From: Bifidobacteriaceae bacterium
GTDB taxonomy: Bacteria > Actinomycetota > Actinomycetes > Actinomycetales > WQXJ01
DNA length: 64,000 bases
NCBI GenBank assembly: GCA_031270825.1
Contig: JAISXH010000032.1
Span: 3,771 to 67,770 of the forward strand
Direction: 5' to 3'
The notes under the pieces were generated by a model. The model was not told the DNA's origin, made no database searches, and saw only the letters and a program-made list of their open reading frames with translations. The number at the start of each line of letters is the position of its first letter. Within the stretch, counting starts at the first letter, position 1. The position numbers and the translations under genes are program-made. Below are positions 23,626-32,300 of this stretch, piece by piece.

Positions 23626-24391
23626 GCCGCGCCCCCGGGCCGCCCTGGTTCGCGCCTGCGCCCGGCCGCTCCCCGACGCGCGATGCCGTGCCGCCGGGGC
23701 CGCTCCGGTCTCCGCTTCCATTCGGCTGGGCTTGCGCCTCAGGGCGCGATGCCGTCTCCCCCGGGACGCTCTGGCCTCCGCTTCCGTTCGGGTGGGCTTG
23801 GCCTTCAGGGCGCGATGCCGTTCGGCAGGCGCAGCTATCCGGCCGCCACCGATCCGCCACGGCCACGAGCGCCTGGTCTCCGAAGGGGTTGACTCCCGGT
23901 CCAGCGGCCAGGGCATGGGCCGCCAGCGCGTGAAGACACTTGACCCGATCCGGCATGCCCCCGGCCGAGACCCCCTCGATCTCGCTGACCCGGCCGAGTC
24001 TCTCGCGGTCCGCCAAATAGGCGCCATGCGCCCGCCGATAGGCAGCGGCCACAGTCGCGTCTTGGCGGAGCTGGAGATTCATCGCGGCCATCAAGCCTTC
24101 CGATTCCAGGCGTCTAAGAGCGCGGTTAGCGACCGGATGCGTCAAGTAATACAGGGTCGGGAACGGCGCCCCGCCTGGCAGCCGGGGGGCGGTCATAGCA
24201 ACCAATGGGGCACCGCAGACGCAGCGGGCGGCCACCGCCACAATGCCGCGCACCGGGCGGCCCAGTTGTTCGGCGATCGCCCGGATGTCGCCATCCCCGA
24301 CCACCGGATCGGCGCGGTCGCCCTGCGGCACCGGCACGGTCGAAAACTCGGCCTCAGGGTGGGCTGGGTGCGGCGAGACGGCATCGTGCAT
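23618..24391 (-). CDS. DUF501-family protein (Rv1025-like) with repeat-encoded C-terminal tail
   Basis: PFPTLYYLTHP and KCLHALAAHALAAG motifs. ATG 24391 (MHDAVSP) lies 8 nt after the ftsB-like stop. Confidence 0.7.
   Translation of the reverse strand: MHDAVSPHPAHPEAEFSTVPVPQGDRADPVVGDGDIRAIAEQLGRPVRGIVAVAARCVCGAPLVAMTAPRLPGGAPFPTLYYLTHPVANRALRRLESEGLMAAMNLQLRQDATVAAAYRRAHGAYLADRERLGRVSEIEGVSAGGMPDRVKCLHALAAHALAAGPGVNPFGDQALVAVADRWRPDSCACRTASRPEGQAHPNGSGGQSVPGETASRPEAQAQPNGSGDRSGPGGTASRVGERPGAGANQGGPGARRG
23678..23825. repeat. 66-nt tandem repeat (2.2 copies) encoding the DUF501 tail TASRPE(G/A)Q(H/Q)PNGSG...
   Basis: gcgcgatgccg recurs at 23678, 23744 and 23810. Confidence 0.85.
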
Positions 24392-24399
24392 AGGAACTG

Positions 24400-24972
24400 T
24401 CACGGCTGGACGTTTCCGGCCACGACAACGGACTGCCACAACTGGGCGTACCAAGGATCGGGTTGCTCCGAAGGGTCAGGCTGCAACAGGTGCGTCGGCG
24501 CCGCCGGCGAGGGCGCCACGGTCGGCGTGACCGGCGCGTTCTCAGGGTCGGAGACACGATAAGTGCGGTCGCCAGGCATGGCGAAACTGAGGCGTTGGCG
24601 GGCCTGCGCCTTCACATAACTAGGGTCCTGCCAGCGTTTGAGTTGGGCCTCCAACTCCTGGTTGACCTCAGCGGCGGCCTCGACCTGGGCTTTGAGTTCG
24701 GCGGTCTGGAGTTGCTGAGCCATGTACAGACGCAAGGTCGGAAACACCAAAGAGAACGCCAACAGCCCAATCATGACCAGCAGCACAATCTGAAAGCCGA
24801 TCCTCAGGCGGCGACCCGCCTGGATCGCCTGGGCACGCTTCGAGGCCTCGATGCCGTCGGCTTTGGCCCGCAGGCGGCGGGCGCCCGTTGGACGGCGCGC
24901 GCCCGGACCCGAGTTATTCGGCATCCATCCATGATGCCCCACCGACCTGGTCCGGGGCGGTTGGCCGGCCAC
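24400..24972 (-). CDS. ftsB: Septum formation initiator (FtsB/DivIC-like)
   Basis: Single TM segment (IGFQIVLLVMIGLLAFSLVF) followed by a coiled coil (LRLYMAQQLQTAELKAQVEAAAEVNQELEAQLKRWQDPSYV). Sits between eno and DUF501, as in other actinobacteria. Start may be the internal M (MPNNSG, 24924). Confidence 0.75.
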   Translation of the reverse strand: MAGQPPRTRSVGHHGWMPNNSGPGARRPTGARRLRAKADGIEASKRAQAIQAGRRLRIGFQIVLLVMIGLLAFSLVFPTLRLYMAQQLQTAELKAQVEAAAEVNQELEAQLKRWQDPSYVKAQARQRLSFAMPGDRTYRVSDPENAPVTPTVAPSPAAPTHLLQPDPSEQPDPWYAQLWQSVVVAGNVQP

Positions 24973-25123
24973 GCGCGGCGGTTCTTGGATTCCGGTGGGC
25001 CTTTACGCTTCCCCGCTCTATTCGGGACGGCTCTGGTCCAGGTTGATTCCAAGACCGATCAGCGCAGGTGCTCAGTACCCTCTTGCCGCGACGGCGGCGC
25101 GGCCCGGCACAGTCTTGAGGTTG

Positions 25124-26416
<1,293 letters not shown>

Positions 26417-26518
26417 CTAAAACTCGAAGAAGACGAACCGCTTGTGCGTCAAACATGGTAGCGCGCAGCGATTGGGACGCTCGACCGGCCCCGCCCCGGC
26501 TCGCTGGGCAAGAACCCC

Positions 26519-26646
26519 CCGCCAACTCCGCAAGGGGACGGTGATTGTGCTGACCGGCGCCGCCTCGCGGGCCGGTCCCACCCGCCGCCAGTTCCGCACG
26601 GGGACGATGATTGTGCTTACTGGCGGCGCCTCGCAGCCCGATCCCA
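26519..26646. repeat. ~64-nt tandem duplication, each copy carrying one unit of the 28-29-nt family
   Basis: Copy 1 is ccgccaactCCGCAAGGGGACGGTGATTGTGCTGACcggcgccgcctcgcgggccgg. Copy 2 is ccgccgccagttCCGCACGGGGACGATGATTGTGCTTACtggcggcgcctcgcagcccg. Confidence 0.85.
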
Positions 26647-26661
26647 GCCCATCCCAACGGT

Positions 26662-28722
26662 TTATGGGCGGGGCGGACCGGCCAGAAGGGAGCGCACTGC
26701 GGCGCCGAGCGTGTCCAGCGCCGCCGCCGCCTGGCGGCGGACCGCCGTCACAGCCGCCAGGTCGGCCGTGGCCGGCACCGGAACCACAACCTCCAAGTAG
26801 CACTTGATCTTGGGCTCCGTGCCGGACGGGCGCACCACCACGCGCGAGCCATCGGCCAAGTTGAAGATCAGTGCGTCAGCCGGCTCCAATCCCTCCCAGC
26901 CCAGCGCCAAATCGATGGTCCGGCTGACCGGCACGTCACCAATGGCCGCAGGCAAAGCCCGGCGCAGCCGCCTCATCGCGTCAGCCAACTCCGAGCTTCT
27001 GTCGAAACGCAGCGCCACCTGGGCGGTGGCATAAAGACCATAGCGCCGAGCCAAGTCATCAAGCAGATCGATCAACGTCTTACCAGTCAGTTTCCCCTTG
27101 GCCGCCAGCCGCGCGATGGCCAAGCCCGCCGTGATGCCGTCCTTATCGCGCACCATGTCCGGCCGGACGCAATAGCCGATCGCCTCTTCGTAGCCGAACA
27201 CCAGCCCCGGCGTCCGCACAATCCACTTGAACCCGGTCAGCGTCCTTTCATAGCGCAGCAGGTAGTCGCGCGCGATCCGCGCCGCCAGCCGCGACGAGAC
27301 GACAGAAGACGCCAAAGCGGGCCGGACGGCATCGTGCGCCAAAGGAACGTCACGCCAAACCTTGGCGGCCTCCTCCCCCAACAGCGAGCCGACCTCATCG
27401 CCGGTCAACATCCGCCAAACGCCGCCACGCGGACCGTGAGGATCGAACACGGCGGCGGCGCAACGGTCCGCGTCCGGGTCGTGGGCTATCACCAGATCGG
27501 CGCCGATACGCTCTGCCAACGCTGTGGCCAGGTCAATCGCCCCCGGCTCCTCCGGATTCGGAAAGACGGCGGTCGGGAAGTCAGGGTCCGGCTGGGCCTG
27601 GGCCGCGACCGAATGGACATCCCCGAAACCGGCCTGGGCGAACGCCTCCAGCGCGATCCGGCCGCCCACGCCATGCATGGCCGTGTGCACAATCCGCAGG
27701 TCGGCGGCGCCGGGCGCGGGCGCCACGCCTTCGACCGCCTGACGTAGATACTCGCGCTCCAGATCGCCGCCCACATTCCCCCAGCCTCGGGCCGCCCGTT
27801 TGATCTGGTTCGCCGGCGGCGCCTGGGCGATCAACTCCGCGATCTCGGCGTCCGCCGGCGGCACTATCTGCGCGCCTCGGGCCGGCCCGCTCGCCACCCG
27901 TCCCCCCAGGTAGACCTTGTATCCGTTGTCACCGGCCGGATTGTGCGATGCCGTCACCATCACGCCCGCATCCGCCGCCAGCTGCCGCACGGCGTAGGCC
28001 AGCAGCGGAGTGGGACAGTTCACCTCCCACAGCAAGGCCCTGCCCCCCGCCGCGACCACGACCGCCGCCGTGTCGAGCGCGAAGGCCGCCGAGCCATGCC
28101 GCCCGTCGTAGCCGATCACCACCTTTGGCGGAGCCGCCGTGCGGAACTTGGCCCGCCTCAGCAGGGCCAGCGCGCCGGTTTGGTTGAGTTGGCGGAAGCC
28201 GCTGGTCAAAGCTGTCGCCACGGCGGTCGGATGGTCCGTTCGGCCGCGCGCGGCTCGCCTTCGCCGGCCTGCGCCCGACCACGCGGCGAGGTCGGCATCT
28301 GTCGGGAGCGGCTCTTGGCCGGTTGTCGGCTGGGCGGTTCTTGGCTGGGCGCCGTCTTTGGCGGTTGGCAGGGGCGTACCGTCTTTGGCGGTTGGCGAGG
28401 CGTCGTCTTGGGCTGTTGGCGCGGCATCGTTGTGGCGATCGGGTTGTCCGATGACGCCCCGCAGGTAGGCCATCAGCCCCGCCGCCGTTCGGATCACCAC
28501 CGCCCGGTTCATCCGGCCCGGTCCCGGGCCCAGCGGCCCCCGCAGTCCGGCGGTGCCGAAAGCCAACGGCCCGGCGAAGGCCTGGGTCAGCTCGGCCTGG
28601 GCGGTTTCATCGCCGGCCTCGGCTTGGGCCAGGGTATTGGCCAACGCCTCCTGGTCTTGGGGGTCCGGATCAGCCTTGATCCATGCCTCGACCTTGGACT
28701 TGAGTGCGGCGGTCACGCTCAT
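26662..28722 (-). CDS. Phosphohexomutase-superfamily phospho-sugar mutase (possibly phosphopentomutase role, given ATGA coupling to deoC) with ~108-aa insertion
   Basis: FGTAGLRG and active-site TASHNPAGDNGYKVY. The ATG at 28722 overlaps the deoC stop (ATGA). Confidence 0.85.
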   Translation of the reverse strand: MSVTAALKSKVEAWIKADPDPQDQEALANTLAQAEAGDETAQAELTQAFAGPLAFGTAGLRGPLGPGPGRMNRAVVIRTAAGLMAYLRGVIGQPDRHNDAAPTAQDDASPTAKDGTPLPTAKDGAQPRTAQPTTGQEPLPTDADLAAWSGAGRRRRAARGRTDHPTAVATALTSGFRQLNQTGALALLRRAKFRTAAPPKVVIGYDGRHGSAAFALDTAAVVVAAGGRALLWEVNCPTPLLAYAVRQLAADAGVMVTASHNPAGDNGYKVYLGGRVASGPARGAQIVPPADAEIAELIAQAPPANQIKRAARGWGNVGGDLEREYLRQAVEGVAPAPGAADLRIVHTAMHGVGGRIALEAFAQAGFGDVHSVAAQAQPDPDFPTAVFPNPEEPGAIDLATALAERIGADLVIAHDPDADRCAAAVFDPHGPRGGVWRMLTGDEVGSLLGEEAAKVWRDVPLAHDAVRPALASSVVSSRLAARIARDYLLRYERTLTGFKWIVRTPGLVFGYEEAIGYCVRPDMVRDKDGITAGLAIARLAAKGKLTGKTLIDLLDDLARRYGLYATAQVALRFDRSSELADAMRRLRRALPAAIGDVPVSRTIDLALGWEGLEPADALIFNLADGSRVVVRPSGTEPKIKCYLEVVVPVPATADLAAVTAVRRQAAAALDTLGAAVRSLLAGPPRP
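28325..28430. repeat. Degenerate 27-nt tandem repeat inside the phosphomutase insertion (encodes PTAKDG-type units)
   Basis: ccgtctttggcggttggc occurs at 28352 and 28379, with degenerate copies on either side. Confidence 0.7.
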
Positions 28723-29492
28723 TCCGGCAGACCCGCCAGCACTTGCTCAGTCGCCGATAAGCCCAAGCGGGTGGCTCCGGCCCGAACCATGGCCAAAGCT
28801 TGGTCGGTGGTGCGGATTCCGCCCGAAGCCTTGACACCCACGGCCGGCCCGACCGCCTGCGCCAACAGTTTGACCGCCTCAACCGTGGCGCCTCCGGCCG
28901 GATGGAAGCCAGTCGAGGTTTTGACAAAGTCAGCCCCGGCCTCGGCGGCCGCCTCGGCTGCCCGGACAATCATGCGGTCGGTCAGAGCCGCAGTCTCAAG
29001 AATCACTTTCAACACCAATGGACGTGGGAAAGCCGCACGGACAGCGATCACATCTTGACTCACCCGCGCCCAATCTCCCTCGACGATCCAGCGCAGATTC
29101 GTCATCATGTCGAGTTCATCGGCCCCGTCGGCTCGCGCCCGGGCGGCCTCCGCCGCCTTGACCTCCGGATAGTGGGCGCCGGACGGGAAACCAGCGACCA
29201 CGGCCACTTTGAGTCCGCCCCTGCCGAGCTGATCCAGGCACTCGGATCCCTGCTGGGGCTCCGCTGGCCCGGCCGCCGCAGACCGGGCCAGCGGGTCGGG
29301 GCCAAGCGCCGAGACTTTGACGGCGTGGCCTGACGTCACGGCGTCTCCCAGTGGAATCAGACTGGGAGAAAGGCAGACCGCCCATACGCCAAGGCGGCGG
29401 GCCACTGCCACATGTCGGGCGACGTCTGCGGCAGTGGCCTCCGGCCTGAGCAAAGTGTGGTCGATCAGCTGGGCGAGTTCGCTGCGTTTCAT
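28719..29492 (-). CDS. deoC: Deoxyribose-phosphate aldolase
   Basis: LIDHTLLRPEAT, FVKTSTGF (Schiff-base Lys), VKASGGIRT. Contains an extra ~40-aa segment relative to typical DeoC. Confidence 0.85.
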   Translation of the reverse strand: MKRSELAQLIDHTLLRPEATAADVARHVAVARRLGVWAVCLSPSLIPLGDAVTSGHAVKVSALGPDPLARSAAAGPAEPQQGSECLDQLGRGGLKVAVVAGFPSGAHYPEVKAAEAARARADGADELDMMTNLRWIVEGDWARVSQDVIAVRAAFPRPLVLKVILETAALTDRMIVRAAEAAAEAGADFVKTSTGFHPAGGATVEAVKLLAQAVGPAVGVKASGGIRTTDQALAMVRAGATRLGLSATEQVLAGLPE

Positions 29493-29639
29493 CTGTGAAT
29501 TCTCTCATTGCCACCAGGGCCGCGGTGGGCCACCGCCGCCCGATCGCGCAAACCGAGGTGGCGGCCTTAGCGGGTGCGGGGTCCGGCGTGCGAACAAGAA
29601 GGGCAGGCGCGGCGGGCTGGTTGACGTGGAACCGCAGGC

Positions 29640-29705
29640 CCGCGTCCCCTCGCGTACCTTGCGGAATCAACGCAATCACCGTCCCCCTGCGGAATCAGCA
29701 CAGAT
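29640..29705. repeat. 28-29-nt repeat family, one full unit plus partial flanking units (deoC/cdd spacer)
   Basis: gcgtcccctcgcgtaccttgcggaatcaacgcaatcaccgtccccctgcggaatcagcaca. Confidence 0.85.
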
Positions 29706-29814
29706 CGAATTCGGCGGTTTGCAGCCTTTTCTCCGTCGAGTTCGGCGGAGCGATTCGGCCAGTTTTCATTGGGTGAAATGGGCTGTTTCCGCTAGCCGAT
29801 ATCGGCTGTGTCGG

Positions 29815-30189
29815 TCATGGTTGCCAGGCGTCGGGGAGGAGATCTGACATGGGGCGCTCACCGGCGGGAGTCAGCACCCTCAGGTCGGGGCCGCCGTGCT
29901 CCCACAGGAGTTGACGGCATCGTCCGCAGGGCAGGATCACCTGGCCCAGGCCGTCGACGCAAACAAACTGGACCAGACGGCCGCCACCGGACATGCGCAG
30001 GGCGCTGACCAGCGAACACTCGGCGCACAGGGTCAAACCGTAGGATGCGTTCTCGACATTGCAACCGGTCACCACACGTCCGTCCTCGGCCAAGCCGGCG
30101 GCGCCCACCACATAACCCGAATAGGGCGCGTAGGCGTGGACCGTGGCGGCCGAAGCCCGCACGATCAGATCATCCCACTGCGCGGTCAT
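29815..30189 (-). CDS. cdd: Cytidine deaminase
   Basis: 124 aa. Zinc ligand motifs CAECSLVSAL and PCGRCRQLL. Confidence 0.9.
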   Translation of the reverse strand: MTAQWDDLIVRASAATVHAYAPYSGYVVGAAGLAEDGRVVTGCNVENASYGLTLCAECSLVSALRMSGGGRLVQFVCVDGLGQVILPCGRCRQLLWEHGGPDLRVLTPAGERPMSDLLPDAWQP

Positions 30190-30199
30190 CCCGCCCCCC

Positions 30200-32221
30200 T
30201 CACGCCACCAGCGCCGGAATCAGCCGCGCCAGCAAAGACATGCCGTCGGGCGACAGGGCCGATTCGGCGTGCCCCTGCAGCGACGCGAAACCGGGGCCGC
30301 GCAATGCGACCACCTCGTCGGTGCCCCGTCGCCGCGCCACCTCCAGCCCGGCGGGCGCCTCGAGCGGGGCCACCGCCGTGAAAGTGTTGTAGTAGCCCAA
30401 CGTGGCCTGCTCGCCGAACAAGTCGTCGGTGAGCTGTTCGCCCTGATGAGGGCGCGTCAGTTGGCGCAGCTCGAGCCCCAGGCTATGAGACAGGATTTGA
30501 TGCGACAAGCAGACTGCCAGGAACGGCTGGCGCCGTTCAAGCCTGAGCCTGATCACTTGTCGCAGCTTTTCGATCCTCGGCTCAGTTCCGGACGGGTCGC
30601 CTGGGCCGGGGCCTGGAATCACTAGAGATTCGCCATCACCTTCCGGCCTGAAATCGCGCCACGATTCGACCCGGGCCCTGGCGCCGAGGCGTCTGAGCAG
30701 ATGCGCCAGCATCTCGGAGAAGTGATCCTCCGCGTCCACGATTGCCACATCGAGACCGGCCAATGGGCTGGCAGCGCTGATCTGGGGCCGCAGCCAGAAC
30801 TCGGCCAGACGCTCATTCCGGTACAACAGAGTGGCCTTGACCTGCGGGTCTGCGGCCACTGCGGCCGGTGTGCCGGATGTGGTCGGACGGGCTGGGGGGG
30901 TGGCGGGGGATGGGGCGACGGCATCGGGCAAATTCGGGGAAACGGTGGCGCCGATCGCGGCGAGGACTCCGGCGGCCTTGGTGCGGGTCTCGGCGACCTC
31001 GGACAAGGGATCGGAATGGCGGACCAGGGTGGCGCCGGCCGGCACCGACAAGCGCCCGGAGGGCTCAACGTACGCGGTGCGGATGAGGATCGGAGCGTCG
31101 ACGTCCCAGACTCCGGCCGGACCGGGTTCGAACAGCGCCATCACGCCCGCGTAGTAGCCGCGCGGGCGGCGCTCCCGGCGCGCGATCACGGCGCAGGCGT
31201 TCTGCATGGGCGCGCCCGTCACCGTGGGAGCGAACATGGTCTGGCGCAGAACGTCGCGCGGATCGGCCTCGGTCAGGCCCTCCAGCAGGTACTCAGTGTG
31301 GGTGACCTGGCTCATGGCCTTGAGATACGGGCCGATCATGCGGCCGCCGCTGGGGCAAATGGCACTCATGAGCTTGAGTTCCTCATCCACCACCATGAAG
31401 AGTTCGTCGACCTCCTTGGCGTCCGTCAAGAAGGCGAGCATGCCCGGCACGGTGGGGCCTTCGGCCGGGTGGCGGTAGGTGCCAGAAATGGGATTCATGG
31501 TCACCACGCCCGACTTGACGGTCAGGTGGCGTTCAGGGCTCGCGCCCGCGAATGCGAGCCCGTCGGTGAAGACCGCATAAGTCCAGTACGCGCCCTGCTC
31601 GCCGCGCGCCAACGCGGCGAACCAAGCCAGCACCGCCGTCCGGCTGTCCGCCGCGACCTCGCCCCTGAAGGCTCGATGGAGCACAAAGTTCGCGCCCTCG
31701 CCTTGCCCGATCTCTTCCGCGATGACTTGTTTGACCTGGGCGGCGTACTCCGCGTCGGAGATGTCGAACCCGTCCGAGCGGATCGCGGGGGGATTCGCGG
31801 GGAGCGCCGCCAGTAAGTCGGCGATGCCGACCTGGCGGCGCTCGGCCACGATCAGACAGCGCAACGGCATTTGGTCATCCACGACGTCGAACCCTCGCTC
31901 GGCGATCTGGCGGAATGGCACCACGGCCAGCACCGCTTCGCCTTCCAGGGGGATGTCGGCGGTGGCGCCAACATCGCGGACTTGGCCGGTCAAGACCTCC
32001 ACCAGGGCTGAGTCACCGCGCCTGATCAGCGCGAACGGCTGCCCGGCCGGCGGCAGCGGGCCGGGCCGGGGGCTGGGCTGGGGGCCGGCCTGGGCGGCGG
32101 GCCGCGGGGCGGCGGGCGGCAGCGGACTGGGCTGGGGGCCGGCTTGCCGAGCGCCTTCGGCGACCTGCGGGGCAGCCTGGGCAGGGGGTGCCGGCGGAGC
32201 GGCATTCTGAGTGGCGTTCAT
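30200..32221 (-). CDS. Fused chorismate-utilising enzyme + class-I glutamine amidotransferase (TrpE(G)/PhzE-like anthranilate synthase family)
   Basis: ATG at 32221 with GGAGGA 3 nt upstream (track start 32482 rejected). Chorismate-binding part has GYYAGVM...APILIRTA. C-terminal GATase has FLAVCLSHQ and LQGHAES. Pro/Ala-rich ~70-aa N-terminal extension. Confidence 0.8.
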   Translation of the reverse strand: MNATQNAAPPAPPAQAAPQVAEGARQAGPQPSPLPPAAPRPAAQAGPQPSPRPGPLPPAGQPFALIRRGDSALVEVLTGQVRDVGATADIPLEGEAVLAVVPFRQIAERGFDVVDDQMPLRCLIVAERRQVGIADLLAALPANPPAIRSDGFDISDAEYAAQVKQVIAEEIGQGEGANFVLHRAFRGEVAADSRTAVLAWFAALARGEQGAYWTYAVFTDGLAFAGASPERHLTVKSGVVTMNPISGTYRHPAEGPTVPGMLAFLTDAKEVDELFMVVDEELKLMSAICPSGGRMIGPYLKAMSQVTHTEYLLEGLTEADPRDVLRQTMFAPTVTGAPMQNACAVIARRERRPRGYYAGVMALFEPGPAGVWDVDAPILIRTAYVEPSGRLSVPAGATLVRHSDPLSEVAETRTKAAGVLAAIGATVSPNLPDAVAPSPATPPARPTTSGTPAAVAADPQVKATLLYRNERLAEFWLRPQISAASPLAGLDVAIVDAEDHFSEMLAHLLRRLGARARVESWRDFRPEGDGESLVIPGPGPGDPSGTEPRIEKLRQVIRLRLERRQPFLAVCLSHQILSHSLGLELRQLTRPHQGEQLTDDLFGEQATLGYYNTFTAVAPLEAPAGLEVARRRGTDEVVALRGPGFASLQGHAESALSPDGMSLLARLIPALVA

Positions 32222-32300
32222 CTGTCCTCCAAGTACTGAATCCGGGCGTGCGGTGGGGCCCCTTGCGCTCCCGCGACGGCATCGGCGGCCAACGCCAACA

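Noticed and set aside
29794-29807. 14-nt perfect palindrome AGCCGATATCGGCT just downstream of cdd, as an operator or terminator
   Set aside because: Short stem and no supporting context. It contains an EcoRV-like GATATC core and could be chance. Noted only as a weak hairpin.
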